64,000 nucleotides of DNA, taken from Bacilli bacterium. Its GTDB lineage: Bacteria > Bacillota_I > Bacilli_A > ML615J-28 > CAG-313. The notes beneath the pieces were generated by a model that ran no database searches, was not told the DNA's origin, and saw only the letters and a list, made by a program, of their open reading frames with translations. Below, piece by piece: positions 10,647-20,924 of this stretch; position 1 is the first letter of the stretch, and every line of letters begins with the position of its first letter. Position numbers and translations under genes: made by a program. Where the stretch lies: positions 66,237 to 130,236 of the forward strand of contig JAGBDV010000001.1 of assembly GCA_017937305.1 (NCBI GenBank). The letters are read 5' to 3'.

Positions 10647-12573
10647 TTGGAGTTACCGCCTCATTAGTAATATCTATGACTTCTTCATCAACAAGCATTC
10701 TAGCAAAAGTAAGAGTATCAATTACTTTAATTACATATTTTAATCCTGTATTAGTTTCTGCATCAATAATAATTGTTTGTGCAATATCAGAAAAATATAA
10801 ATCGATTGTTGTACCTGATAAATCTACTAAATCAATTGTTTCACAATTTGTTGCGTTAACCACACCTAAATTAATAGTACTTTGTTTTGCTTTAATAAAT
10901 CCACCATCTTGAGTGATAGAAAAGTTATTTAATAAAGAATCGATAATATCTGTTTTACAAGAATTACCACTATTATTAATTGTTAAATTAGTGACTAAAG
11001 TACTATTATTATATTCAGCTTTTGCATCTTCAAGATTAGTTCCTACACCTGATATATTCAATGTGCTTGATTTTGAAAGAATAGTAATATCACCTTTTAC
11101 ATAATCTAAAACTAATTGTGATGAAGATAAATCTAGTTTTACTGCGTCTACATAAGTTTTAGAAATAGTAAGTTTTGATGAAGAACTTAAAGTAATATTT
11201 AATTCTTTATATGCAATATTATTTAGTGTATTAACAGATCTTGTTGAATTAACTTGCATTAAAACACCATTTAAGTTTTTAAAGTCAATTGTACCAGATT
11301 TATTTTCAACTACTAATGTATGAATTTCACTATCTTCAAATTTTAGATAACTAGATTCATTATTAATATATACAAGATTAAGTTTACTATTTTGTTGAAT
11401 TAAAGTTTGACCTTTAGAAGATTCTACTTTCATTTCAATATCGATATTTGAACTTGCAACAGCAAAGTTAATATCATATCCTTTTACATCAAGTAACTTC
11501 ATTGATGATTTTGCAACACTAACTGTACCTTTAGATTCGATATTTATATTTGCCTTAGATAAAGTAATATCTGATATATCTACAATACTTTCATCCATAT
11601 TGATATTTATTACTAAATCGCTTAAATTTTCAGGAATATAAAATATAATATTTTGCGTTGGTTCATTTAAGAAATTTAAAATATCATATGCTTTAGTCAT
11701 TTCTAATTCTAAATTAAGAGCATTATCTTCTATTTTTAAGTCAAGTTCATGCCTAAATTCATATTGATGTTCTACTAAAAATTCATTAGTTTCTGATGCT
11801 TTAAAATATATATTCCCATTGTATCCATCAATATTAATATATTTAACGCTGTCTTCAATTGTATATAACTCTTTATGACTTGGAGTATCATTTAAACTAT
11901 GTTTTAAGTATCCATTTGTTGTATAACTTACACAAATACAAATAATCATTAATACTAAGAATGAAACAAGTAGTTTTATTTGAACTTTTTGATGATTACA
12001 TTTATCTTCAACAAATCCAGTAATCGTAAATGAAAATATTTTACGGTGTTTATTTTCATCTTTTATTTTAATAACTGGTCCTAAGAAATTAGATAAAAGG
12101 ATGATAAACAAATCTACTACATATACTGTTAATAAAATTACACACAATATATATAACAATACTGCTATTGGAGTAATAAACTTATCAATTCCAATTCCAC
12201 TTTCAAATGTTTTAAACATTAATCCAAACATATTTCCAATTGATTTTAATAAAAAATACATTATTACAAAAAATCCAATTAGAATAAAGAAACTAATAAT
12301 ACATCCAATAATATTATTAAAAATTTGTCTTCTTTTCATGAGTTTCTTGCGCATTGCAAGATAATTTACACCATGTGACTCATATGTGTCTTTCGCAACA
12401 GTTTCAACATCTGGAAGATTTTTAATTACATCTATTTCTTTTTCACCATAGTCTATTGCGTTAGTAATTCTAGTTTGATAATATTGTAATACCTTTGTTG
12501 CATCTTTAGGATTTAAATATTTTAATGCTTCTGCAAGTGCTAAAAGATATTCTTCTTGAGTTTTAAATTCCAT
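10639..12573 (-). CDS. DUF1700-like membrane protein fused to a C-terminal beta-strand-repeat (DUF4097-like) domain
   Basis: Start MEFKTQEEYL at 12573 with AAGGAG RBS; DUF1700-type N-terminus, TM helices, beta-rich repeats. Confidence 0.65.
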   Translation of the reverse strand: MEFKTQEEYLLALAEALKYLNPKDATKVLQYYQTRITNAIDYGEKEIDVIKNLPDVETVAKDTYESHGVNYLAMRKKLMKRRQIFNNIIGCIISFFILIGFFVIMYFLLKSIGNMFGLMFKTFESGIGIDKFITPIAVLLYILCVILLTVYVVDLFIILLSNFLGPVIKIKDENKHRKIFSFTITGFVEDKCNHQKVQIKLLVSFLVLMIICICVSYTTNGYLKHSLNDTPSHKELYTIEDSVKYINIDGYNGNIYFKASETNEFLVEHQYEFRHELDLKIEDNALNLELEMTKAYDILNFLNEPTQNIIFYIPENLSDLVININMDESIVDISDITLSKANINIESKGTVSVAKSSMKLLDVKGYDINFAVASSNIDIEMKVESSKGQTLIQQNSKLNLVYINNESSYLKFEDSEIHTLVVENKSGTIDFKNLNGVLMQVNSTRSVNTLNNIAYKELNITLSSSSKLTISKTYVDAVKLDLSSSQLVLDYVKGDITILSKSSTLNISGVGTNLEDAKAEYNNSTLVTNLTINNSGNSCKTDIIDSLLNNFSITQDGGFIKAKQSTINLGVVNATNCETIDLVDLSGTTIDLYFSDIAQTIIIDAETNTGLKYVIKVIDTLTFARMLVDEEVIDITNEAVTPNE

Positions 12574-12717
12574 AACTCTTTTCTCCTTATATCTATTATT
12601 ATACCATACTTTTATAAATTGATTGTAAATATTGATAAAACAAAGTTTTTTATAATAAAAAATATACATTTTAAAAAAAGTTATAACCAAATTATAGGTT
12701 ATAACTTTTAATTTTAA

Positions 12718-14214
12718 TTAGTTTTCTACTTTATTTCTCATATGAGGGAATAATAATACTTCTCTAATAGTGTCGCATTCTGTAAGTAACATTACTAGTC
12801 TATCGATACCAATACCGATACCACCTGCAGGAGGCATACCATATTCTAGAGCTTCTAAGAAATCAATATCCATATCGTTAGCTTCATCGTTACCAAGATC
12901 ACGCTCTTTTAATTGTTCTACGAAACGTTCTCTTTGATCGATTGGGTCATTTAATTCTGTATAAGCATTTGCAAATTCTTTCTTACCAATGAATAATTCA
13001 AAACGATCTGTAAAGCGTGGATCATCTGGGTTTTTCTTAGTAAGTGGAGAAATTTCAATTGGATGTCCATATAAAATTGTTGGTTGAATTAATGTTTCTT
13101 CTACATATTTTTCGAAGAACAGATTAATAATATGACCATATGTTCTTTGGTGAGCAGGTACTTCAATATGATGTTCTTCAGCAAGCTTAATACATGCATC
13201 AGTATCAAGTTCAAAGAAATTAATTCCTGTTACTTCTTTGATTGCATCAACCATATGAATTCTTTTGAATGGTGCTTTTAATGAAATTTCATGACCATTC
13301 CAAACTAAATCTGTTTTACCTATTACTTTTTCTGCAAGTGTTGTGATTAATCCTTCTGCAAGATCCATCATATCACTTAAATCACCATATGCAAGATAAG
13401 CTTCAACAGTTGTAAATTCAGGGTTATGAGTTGAGTCCATTCCTTCATTTCTAAATAGTCTACCAATTTCATAAACTGCTTCCATACCACCTACAATTAA
13501 ACGTTTTAAGTGTAGTTCTGTTGCGATACGAAGATAGAAATCCATATCTAAAGTATTATGATGAGTAACGAATGGTCTTGCGCTTGCACCGCCTAAGATT
13601 GGGCTTAAAACCGGAGTTTCAACTTCAATATAACCTAAATCATCTAAATACTTTTGAAGACCTCTAATAATTCTAGGTCTAAGGTAAGCAATTCTTCTTG
13701 CTTCTTCATTCATGATTAAGTCTACATAACGACGACGACGTGCTTCTTCTCTATCTTGTAATCCATGGAATTTTTCTGGAAGTGGACGAAGAGCTTTAGT
13801 AAGGTGAGTATATTTTGTAGCTTTTACAGAAAGTTCTCCTGTTTGAGTTTTCATAACAATCCCAGTAATACCGATAATATCACCAATATCAGCTACTTTA
13901 AATAATTCATAATCATCTTCTGATACGCTATCTGCTCTCATAAAGATTTGAATTTTACCTTCTCTATCTTGAATATGCATAAAGCCAATTTTACCTTGAC
14001 GACGTTTAGACATAATACGTCCTGCAATTGATACTTCAACATTTTTTTCTTCTAATTCTTCTTTAGAACATTCTAAGTATTCATTTTTTAACTTTCCTGA
14101 GTTAGATGTTCTTACAAACTTATGTCCAAATGGGTCTAGTCCTTTTGCACGTAAGTCTTCCATCTTTCCACGACGTACTTTTTCTTGTTCTGATAAACGT
14201 AATTCTTCTGCCAT
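12718..14214 (-). CDS. lysS: Lysine--tRNA ligase (class II)
   Basis: [47 protein letters not shown]. Confidence 0.97.
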   Translation of the reverse strand: MAEELRLSEQEKVRRGKMEDLRAKGLDPFGHKFVRTSNSGKLKNEYLECSKEELEEKNVEVSIAGRIMSKRRQGKIGFMHIQDREGKIQIFMRADSVSEDDYELFKVADIGDIIGITGIVMKTQTGELSVKATKYTHLTKALRPLPEKFHGLQDREEARRRRYVDLIMNEEARRIAYLRPRIIRGLQKYLDDLGYIEVETPVLSPILGGASARPFVTHHNTLDMDFYLRIATELHLKRLIVGGMEAVYEIGRLFRNEGMDSTHNPEFTTVEAYLAYGDLSDMMDLAEGLITTLAEKVIGKTDLVWNGHEISLKAPFKRIHMVDAIKEVTGINFFELDTDACIKLAEEHHIEVPAHQRTYGHIINLFFEKYVEETLIQPTILYGHPIEISPLTKKNPDDPRFTDRFELFIGKKEFANAYTELNDPIDQRERFVEQLKERDLGNDEANDMDIDFLEALEYGMPPAGGIGIGIDRLVMLLTECDTIREVLLFPHMRNKVEN

Positions 14215-14307
14215 TATAAAGGCCTCCTATAATTAATAATCTTTATTCTTTATGTATTATACCACAAATTATGTTTTCTTGCAAAAATAAAGAATCTAAT
14301 ATATACA

Positions 14308-14335
14308 CATATTTTCATAATTTAAAACATATATT
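14308..14335 (+). promoter_or_regulatory. sigmaE-like promoter of yabPQ
   Basis: cATATT-N14-CATATATT, matching the B. subtilis sigmaE consensus ATAxx-N14-CATAcanT, just upstream of the GGAGG RBS. Confidence 0.6.
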
Positions 14336-14358
14336 TAATTAAGTGGAGGACTTTTATA

Positions 14359-14637
14359 ATGAATAGTGAATTAAAAGAACAAACATTAAGTCTAAATAAT
14401 AGAAAACGTTTAGAAATAACAGGTGTTAAAAAGTTAGAAAGTTTAAATAAAACAGAATTTTTTGTTTCTACAATTTTAGGACTTTTATTAGTAAAAGGAG
14501 AAAATCTAGAAATGCAACATCTTGATATCGAAAAAGGGATTCTTTGGATTGTGGGAATTATTAATTCAATTAGTTATTTAGATGAAGAATTAAACAAGAA
14601 AAAAGATGAAGGGTTTTTTAAAAAGTTATTTAAATGA
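14359..14637 (+). CDS. yabP: Sporulation protein YabP/YqfC family
   Basis: L.LNNRKRLEITGV, T.LG.L.VKGENL, G.I.SI.Y, GFFKKLFK tail. Confidence 0.85.
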   Translation: MNSELKEQTLSLNNRKRLEITGVKKLESLNKTEFFVSTILGLLLVKGENLEMQHLDIEKGILWIVGIINSISYLDEELNKKKDEGFFKKLFK

Positions 14638-15053
14638 TTAAACCATTAAATCTTGAACTTAAAATATTAGTATATATTATTGTTTTTGGGATATACTATT
14701 TTGCAGCAAGCGATATTTTAATATATATTGTTGATAAAAAGAAAAATAATAAAGTATTTAAACTTATTATTGAAATTATATATTTAATATCTCAACTTTA
14801 TTTATCTTATGATTTTTGTTTTAAACTAGATGATGGTTATATTCCTGTTTATTTTCTTTTATTTATTATTATAGGTTTTATCCTATATTATCTATTTATG
14901 AGAGAATATTTTATTAAATGTTTAGATTTTATATCTAAAATTATTAATAAATTAACTCCTTATATTAAGCATTTATTATATTCAAAAACAATATTTAAAA
15001 TTAGATTTAAAAAATTATTTAAAAAAAAGAAAACAAAAAATCAAAATACTTGA
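14634..15053 (+). CDS. yabQ: Spore cortex biosynthesis protein YabQ-like
   Basis: Hydrophobic ORF overlapping yabP by ATGA; conserved yabP-yabQ order. Confidence 0.65.
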   Translation: MIKPLNLELKILVYIIVFGIYYFAASDILIYIVDKKKNNKVFKLIIEIIYLISQLYLSYDFCFKLDDGYIPVYFLLFIIIGFILYYLFMREYFIKCLDFISKIINKLTPYIKHLLYSKTIFKIRFKKLFKKKKTKNQNT

Positions 15054-15078
15054 CACTATATTGATAATTTAGTATAAT
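15050..15078 (+). promoter_or_regulatory. Consensus sigmaA promoter of the tRNA pair
   Basis: TTGACA-N17-TATAAT. Confidence 0.9.
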
Positions 15079-15123
15079 ATTAAGGCAATGTGATAAAAGC
15101 GTTGTAAATATTATATTAAAGAT

Positions 15124-15208
15124 GGAAGGGTAGCGAAGTGGCTAAACGCGGCGGACTGTAAATCCGCTCTCTACGAGTTCGGTGGTTCGAATCCACTCCC
15201 TTCCACCA
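15124..15208 (+). tRNA. tRNA-Tyr (GTA)
   Basis: GGAAGGG/CCCTTCC acceptor stem, GTA anticodon, long variable arm, TTCGAAT, encoded CCA. Confidence 0.97.
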
Positions 15209-15217
15209 TCTTTTTAT

Positions 15218-15292
15218 AGGGCTATAGCCAAGCGGTAAGGCAACGGACTTTGACTCCGTCATTCGTTGGTTCGAATCCACCTAGCCCTACCA
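15218..15292 (+). tRNA. tRNA-Gln (TTG)
   Basis: AGGGCTA/TAGCCCT acceptor stem, CTTTGAC anticodon loop, TTCGAAT, encoded CCA. Confidence 0.95.
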
Positions 15293-15373
15293 TTTTTTTA
15301 TCTACTTAATGAAGCTTCCAATTGGAAGTATTTTTTTTATTAAAAACAAAGAGGAACTAATAAGTTCCTCTTT

Positions 15374-16759
15374 TTATATTAGATATGCAAAAACTATTAA
15401 AGTAATACCATAGTATACTACTATTGCCATAATATCATTTATACTTGTAATAAATGGTCCACTTGCAACAGCAGGATCAATTTTACATTTTTGTAGGATT
15501 ATAGGAATAAGTGTTCCGATTAATCCTGATATTACCATACTAATTAATAAGCTTAAAGATACTACCCCGCTTGTTTTAAATATATCAAAGATATTAAAGC
15601 CAATTGATGGATCAATTATTGTTTTAGTTATACTTAAATATAGTGATACTACAACAAATGATATTAACCCAATTAATAAACCATTAAAGAATGCTATTCT
15701 AATTTCTTTTAATACTAGTCTATTTACTTCTTTTTTTGATATATCTTCATCTGATATTGCACGAATCGTAACAGCTAGACTTTGTGTGCCTACATTACCA
15801 CCCATACCTAGAATCATCGATTGGAAAAATACGATTGCAGGTACTGCCACAATTGCAGATTCAAACACTCTCATAACTAGTGATATTATTAAACCAAGTA
15901 CTAGTAATGCACATAGCCATGGGATTCTTTTTTTGACTGATTTAAAGGTTGATTCTTCTAATTCTTCTTCACTTGTTAAACCTGCTAGTTTTGCGTAGTC
16001 ATCAGATAATTCATCATCAATAACTTCTAAAAGGTCATTAGTAGTTACTACACCTAGTAAAACATTTTTTTCATTTACAATAGGAATAGAGTCTATTTCA
16101 TAGTCTTTTACTAAGATTAAAGCATCTTGGACATTTGTTAAGTCAAGAATTGATGGATATGATTTTTTAATTATATCTTCTAATGAATCTTGTGCACGTG
16201 CTTTAATAAGATCTTTTAATTCAATTGTTCCATATAAAGTTTCATCGTCATTTGTAACATAGATAATTGTAAAGTTATCGTTAGTTGAAGCTTCTTCAAC
16301 TACTGTTTTCATTGCTTGTTTGATTGTGAAGTTTTTCTTTACTACGATATAGTTATTAGTCATGTAACTTGCAATTACATCTTCATCATAACTAGTTAAT
16401 AGTTCAATATCATCAACAACTTCTTCATCCATTAATTCTAGAATTTCATTACGGTCTTCTTCATCTAATTCTTCTAGAATTTCAACTGCATCATCTGAGT
16501 CCATTAACTCAATTAAGTCAGCAACATCTTCTTTTTCTAAATCTTCGATATATTCTTTAACATCATCAAGGTATGTAAATATTTCTGCAAGTTCTTGTTC
16601 ATCAAATGTTTGATATACTTTTTCTAGATCTTCATCGTCTAAATATTCAAAACATCTAGCGATGTCATTACTATGGTAACTAAAGAGCAAATCATGAAGA
16701 ACTGTTACGTCAGTAGTTTCTTTTATTATCTTTATTATTTCTTGTAAGATTTCATCCAT
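15374..16759 (-). CDS. mgtE: Magnesium transporter MgtE
   Basis: Acidic N-domain, CBS pair, KRIPWL, GMGGNVGTQS, DPAVASGPFITSIND. Confidence 0.93.
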   Translation of the reverse strand: MDEILQEIIKIIKETTDVTVLHDLLFSYHSNDIARCFEYLDDEDLEKVYQTFDEQELAEIFTYLDDVKEYIEDLEKEDVADLIELMDSDDAVEILEELDEEDRNEILELMDEEVVDDIELLTSYDEDVIASYMTNNYIVVKKNFTIKQAMKTVVEEASTNDNFTIIYVTNDDETLYGTIELKDLIKARAQDSLEDIIKKSYPSILDLTNVQDALILVKDYEIDSIPIVNEKNVLLGVVTTNDLLEVIDDELSDDYAKLAGLTSEEELEESTFKSVKKRIPWLCALLVLGLIISLVMRVFESAIVAVPAIVFFQSMILGMGGNVGTQSLAVTIRAISDEDISKKEVNRLVLKEIRIAFFNGLLIGLISFVVVSLYLSITKTIIDPSIGFNIFDIFKTSGVVSLSLLISMVISGLIGTLIPIILQKCKIDPAVASGPFITSINDIMAIVVYYGITLIVFAYLI

Positions 16760-16818
16760 GATTATATTCCTCCTCTTTGTTTTTATTATACGACATTTTA
16801 ACTAAATGATTAAATATT

Positions 16819-16846
16819 TTGCTTTAAATAAATTATATGTTATAAT
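16819..16846 (+). promoter_or_regulatory. sigmaA promoter of the RRE/peptidase/kinase operon
   Basis: TTGCTT-N16-TATAAT with TGn extension. Confidence 0.65.
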
Positions 16847-16872
16847 GTTATATATGTAATGAGGTGATTAAG

Positions 16873-17139
16873 ATGAAAATAAAAGAAGGTTTTATGTTAA
16901 GAAGTGTTGCAGATAACTATGTAGTAGTTCCTGTTGGTAAAGCATCTTTAGAGTTTAAAGGTTTAATTAATTTAAACCATGTTGGTGCTTTTATTTGGAA
17001 ATGTTTAGAAAATGATACTACTACTTTAGAAGTTATTAATAAAGTAATTAATGAATATGGAATTGATGAAGAACTTGCAACACGTGATGTAAATAATTTT
17101 ATTAATAAACTTATTGAGGCAAATCTACTAAATGACTGA
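16873..17139 (+). CDS. PqqD-family RiPP recognition element (stand-alone RRE)
   Basis: 88 aa, MKIKEGFMLRSVA...LN.VGAFIW..L...EYGIDEE.A..DV..F...L; ATG at 16873 behind GAGGTG. Confidence 0.85.
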   Translation: MKIKEGFMLRSVADNYVVVPVGKASLEFKGLINLNHVGAFIWKCLENDTTTLEVINKVINEYGIDEELATRDVNNFINKLIEANLLND

Positions 17140-17545
17140 TTATGAACAAGCAATAGAAAAGTATGGTTTTTTTATTGCAACACCTATTGGTACTTCTATG
17201 CTACCACTTCTTAGAGAACGCTTAGATACTGTTAAATTAGTAGCTCCTACTAATATTAAAAAACATGATGTTGTTCTTTATATGCGTAATGATAAAACTT
17301 TAGTATTACACCGCATAATAAGAGTACATAAAGATACTTTTACAATGTGTGGGGATAATCAATGTATCTTAGAAAAACACATCAAAAGAAGCCAAATAAT
17401 CGCCGTTATGGAAGGTTTTTATAGGGAAGAAGAATATTTCCCATGTACTGATAAAAACTATCAAAAATACGTAAGAAAAATTATCTTTAAGCGTCCATTT
17501 AAATATCTTAAACACCTAATTAAAAAAATATTAAAAAGAAAGTAA
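17132..17545 (+). CDS. Soluble S24/S26-family peptidase (Ser-His type)
   Basis: GTSMLP catalytic Ser motif, LHRII, GDN; no TM anchor; overlaps the RRE stop. Confidence 0.8.
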   Translation: MTDYEQAIEKYGFFIATPIGTSMLPLLRERLDTVKLVAPTNIKKHDVVLYMRNDKTLVLHRIIRVHKDTFTMCGDNQCILEKHIKRSQIIAVMEGFYREEEYFPCTDKNYQKYVRKIIFKRPFKYLKHLIKKILKRK

Positions 17546-17555
17546 AAATTAAATT

Positions 17556-18254
17556 ATGCCAAAATATAATATTGCAGGAATAATAGTAGAGATGAATCCA
17601 ATGTTTAATCGAACTATTTCTCAAGCAAAACCTTATTTAACCACTTCTTTAAATAATCCAGATATATCGATTGAGCTAACAATGGAAAAACTAGAAGAAA
17701 TAAAAAAACGTTATAATCACTTAAACTTAGAAGAAATAGAATATATTTTCTTAGGTCAATTATTCTATCGTCATATTCTTAAATATAACGGAATATTACT
17801 TCATTCTTCTTGTGTAGTAAAAGATAATCAAGCATATCTATTTAGTGCTCCATCAGGAACTGGAAAATCAACGCATACAAATCTTTGGTTAGAAGAATTT
17901 AAAGATGCCTATATCTTAAATGATGATAAACCTGCAATCATATTTAAAGATAATACTTTATATGCAGCAGGAACACCATTTTCTGGTAAACATGATATTT
18001 CTAAAAACTTACTTGTTCCTATTAAAGGTATTTGTTTTATTGAAAGATCTTTAAATAACTGGATTAAAGAAATTTCTAGTAAACAAGCTATTTTTGAAAT
18101 ACTTAATCAAACAGAAAGAATCCCATATGAAAACGATATGACTTTAATTTTAAGTCATATTGAAAATATCGTAAAAAATACTAAAATATATAAAATGGGG
18201 TGTAATATTTCTATTGATGCGGTATATACATCTTTTAATGAAATGAGTAAATAA
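17556..18254 (+). CDS. HPr-kinase-like P-loop kinase
   Basis: LLHSSCV, Walker A APSGTGKST, LNDD, GTPFSG. Confidence 0.75.
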   Translation: MPKYNIAGIIVEMNPMFNRTISQAKPYLTTSLNNPDISIELTMEKLEEIKKRYNHLNLEEIEYIFLGQLFYRHILKYNGILLHSSCVVKDNQAYLFSAPSGTGKSTHTNLWLEEFKDAYILNDDKPAIIFKDNTLYAAGTPFSGKHDISKNLLVPIKGICFIERSLNNWIKEISSKQAIFEILNQTERIPYENDMTLILSHIENIVKNTKIYKMGCNISIDAVYTSFNEMSK

Positions 18255-18327
18255 AGGTAAAGAATGAAAATTCTTTACTTTTTTTAAATTAAAAAACTCC
18301 TCTTAATGAGGAGTTTTATTTATTATC

Positions 18328-18867
18328 CTAATAAATTCCAAGTTCTTCTTTTATCATTGCAAAAACAGCATATACTGGTGTATATTTATGTTTTTTAGGA
18401 AGAACCATTTCTAATAAATCTTCAATTTCTTGTATAACACTTGGATTAATATCTTTTAAATTAAGAAGTGTATCTTCAATTAGTTTACCTGCTTTATCTA
18501 ACATTTCACTTCTTTCTTCAGTTAAACGTTCATCACTTAATAAATATCCTTTAACATCATCTAACATAATAGAATAGATAATAAAGGTACTATATTTATT
18601 AAATAGAATCATATCTTTACCAAAGTAATCTTTATAATAAGTATTAATGTCAATTAAGCAATTTGATAAATAACCAAAACCTATTTCAAATATTTCTTCA
18701 AGTTCTGCTTCAATTTTAACATTATCTACATATTTTTTGTAAACGTAATCTAGTACTTCAAGTACATCCATCAAGCAATACATTACACTAGAATTAGTAC
18801 TTTTTAAGTTACCTAGTAATTCTTCATTTTCTATTATATATTTATTATAATCATCATATACATTCAT
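18328..18867 (-). CDS. Hypothetical acidic helical protein (paralog of both halves of 56884-58005)
   Basis: 179-aa ORF with GGAG RBS and a downstream terminator. Confidence 0.7.
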   Translation of the reverse strand: MNVYDDYNKYIIENEELLGNLKSTNSSVMYCLMDVLEVLDYVYKKYVDNVKIEAELEEIFEIGFGYLSNCLIDINTYYKDYFGKDMILFNKYSTFIIYSIMLDDVKGYLLSDERLTEERSEMLDKAGKLIEDTLLNLKDINPSVIQEIEDLLEMVLPKKHKYTPVYAVFAMIKEELGIY

Positions 18868-19002
18868 AAACTTATACTCCTATTTAATGATATTATACTT
18901 TATTTTGAAAGTATTGTCAAATATAAAAAGGCTTGTTTGCTATTTTATTTTATTATTATTAAAATTATGATATAATAATTAATAAGAAAGAGGTATTAAC
19001 AT

Positions 19003-19884
19003 ATGTCAGATATTTTAGTAAAGGCACTTGGATATAACTCCAGTGCTAGAATATATGCAGTAACAACTACTGATGCAGTAAACCTTATTGGAGATAGACT
19101 ATCATATTTCCCTAGTGCTCTAGATGCATTAGGCAGAGTAATGAGTATGGGAGCAATGATGGGTGGTACTTTAAAAGGTGATGAAACTGTTACAATTAGA
19201 ATTGATGGTAATGGTCAAATCGGTAGAATAGTTGTAGATGCAAATGCAAGTGGAGAAATTAGAGGTTATGCTGAAAATCCTCATTGTCACTTTGAATATA
19301 ACGACTTTAGACTTAATGCTAAAGCAACAATTGGTGATAAAGGAATGATTACAGTAATCAAAGATCTAAAACTAAAAGAACCATTTATTGGTTATACTCC
19401 TATTATTAATGGAGAAATTGCAGAAGATTTCGCATATTACTATTCAGTAAGTGAACAAGTACCAACAGCAATTTCACTAGGTGTACTAGTAGATACTGAA
19501 GGTAGAGCAGTTGTATCAGGTGGTTTTATGATTCAATTATTACCAAATACTCCTGAAGAAATTGCAATAGAAATTGAAAACAAAATTAAGAGTATGCCTT
19601 CAATTTCAGAAATGTTATCATCAGGTTTTTCACCAGTTGATATTATTAATAATCTTGCAAAAGATGCACAAATCTTATCAGAAACAAATATTGAATTTAA
19701 ATGTAACTGTTCAAAAGATAAATTTGCAAGAGGAATCTTATCACTTGGTTCAAAAGAAATAAAAGATATCATTGACGAAGATCACCAAGCAAACACAACA
19801 TGTCATTTCTGTGGTTCAGAATATCACTTCTCTGAAGAAGAATTAACTAACCTTTATAATGATGCAAAGAAAGCAGGTAAATAA
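19003..19884 (+). CDS. hslO: Hsp33 redox chaperone
   Basis: GEIAEDFAYY..SEQVP, GGFMIQLLP, CxC...CxxC (CNCS...CHFC). Confidence 0.95.
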   Translation: MSDILVKALGYNSSARIYAVTTTDAVNLIGDRLSYFPSALDALGRVMSMGAMMGGTLKGDETVTIRIDGNGQIGRIVVDANASGEIRGYAENPHCHFEYNDFRLNAKATIGDKGMITVIKDLKLKEPFIGYTPIINGEIAEDFAYYYSVSEQVPTAISLGVLVDTEGRAVVSGGFMIQLLPNTPEEIAIEIENKIKSMPSISEMLSSGFSPVDIINNLAKDAQILSETNIEFKCNCSKDKFARGILSLGSKEIKDIIDEDHQANTTCHFCGSEYHFSEEELTNLYNDAKKAGK

Positions 19885-19885
19885 T

Positions 19886-20899
19886 ATGGAATTAAATTAC
19901 AAACTATTAGAACAAATTATTAATATAGATTCTCCTACAGGTTACTGCAATAAAGTAATTAACTATGTAGCAGAAATTGTAAAAGACCTTGGATATAGCT
20001 ATTACAAAAACCAAAAGGGAAACCTAATTGTTGAAGTAAAAGGAAAATCAAACTACACAAAAGGTTTATCTTCACACGTAGATACTTTAGGTTTAATGGT
20101 AAGAAGCATAAATGCTGATGGAACACTAAAGTTTGCAACACTTGGTGGACCACTACTTAATACATATAATGCAGAATACTGTAAAATTTATACAAGAGAA
20201 GGAAAAGTATATACAGGTACAATCCTTTCTACTTCACCTGCAGTACATGTATTCCCAGATTCAAGAAGTAAAGAATTAAAAGAAGATACAATGTGTGTAA
20301 GACTAGATGAAGTAGTTTACTCAAGAAATGACACACAAAAACTTGGAATTCAAACTGGAGATATTATTGCAATAGATCCAAAATTTGAAATTACAGAAAA
20401 AGGATATATTAAAACAAGATTCCTAGATGATAAAGCAAGTGCATTTCTTTTACTAGAATTACTTAGATACTTAAAAGAAAACAATATCACTCCAGAAGAT
20501 AACCTAAAACTAATCTTTACAACATATGAAGAAGTAGGTTTTGGTGCATCTAATATCCCAAATATTGATGAAATGTTAGCAGTAGATATGGGATGCATTG
20601 GACTAGACTTAAGTTGTACAGAAGAACAAGTATCAATCTGTGCAAAAGATGCAGGTGGTCCATATGACTATGATATGATCACTAACTTAATCAATATCGC
20701 AAAAGAAAAAAATATTTCATACGCAGTAGATATCTACCCATTCTATTCATCAGATGCAACAGCATCACTAAGAGCAGGAAACGATATCAAAGCAGCCCTA
20801 ATTGGTACAGGTGTTGCAGCAAGTCATGGAATGGAAAGAACACATAAACATGGTATGGAAAATACATTTAATTTAATCTTAGGTTATTTAAACATTTAA
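19886..20899 (+). CDS. M42 family metallopeptidase
   Basis: SPTG, SHVD, DDK, EEVG, SHGME; start MELNY at 19886. Confidence 0.9.
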   Translation: MELNYKLLEQIINIDSPTGYCNKVINYVAEIVKDLGYSYYKNQKGNLIVEVKGKSNYTKGLSSHVDTLGLMVRSINADGTLKFATLGGPLLNTYNAEYCKIYTREGKVYTGTILSTSPAVHVFPDSRSKELKEDTMCVRLDEVVYSRNDTQKLGIQTGDIIAIDPKFEITEKGYIKTRFLDDKASAFLLLELLRYLKENNITPEDNLKLIFTTYEEVGFGASNIPNIDEMLAVDMGCIGLDLSCTEEQVSICAKDAGGPYDYDMITNLINIAKEKNISYAVDIYPFYSSDATASLRAGNDIKAALIGTGVAASHGMERTHKHGMENTFNLILGYLNI

Positions 20900-20924
20900 T
20901 TTTATATATTTTATTAAATAACTA

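Noticed and set aside
10577-12364. + strand ORFs 10577-10912, 10913-11104 and 12101-12364
   Set aside because: Antisense shadows of the DUF1700-like gene; no RBS or motifs
12574-12690. N-terminal extensions in the ORF track (also 56750-56824, 58006-58056, 44994-45029, 19859-19885, 16864-16872)
   Set aside because: Better RBS-ATG pairs lie downstream; the extensions overlap promoter or RBS sequence
16760-16872. M-box riboswitch for mgtE
   Set aside because: Intergenic region is too short and contains only divergent promoter elements
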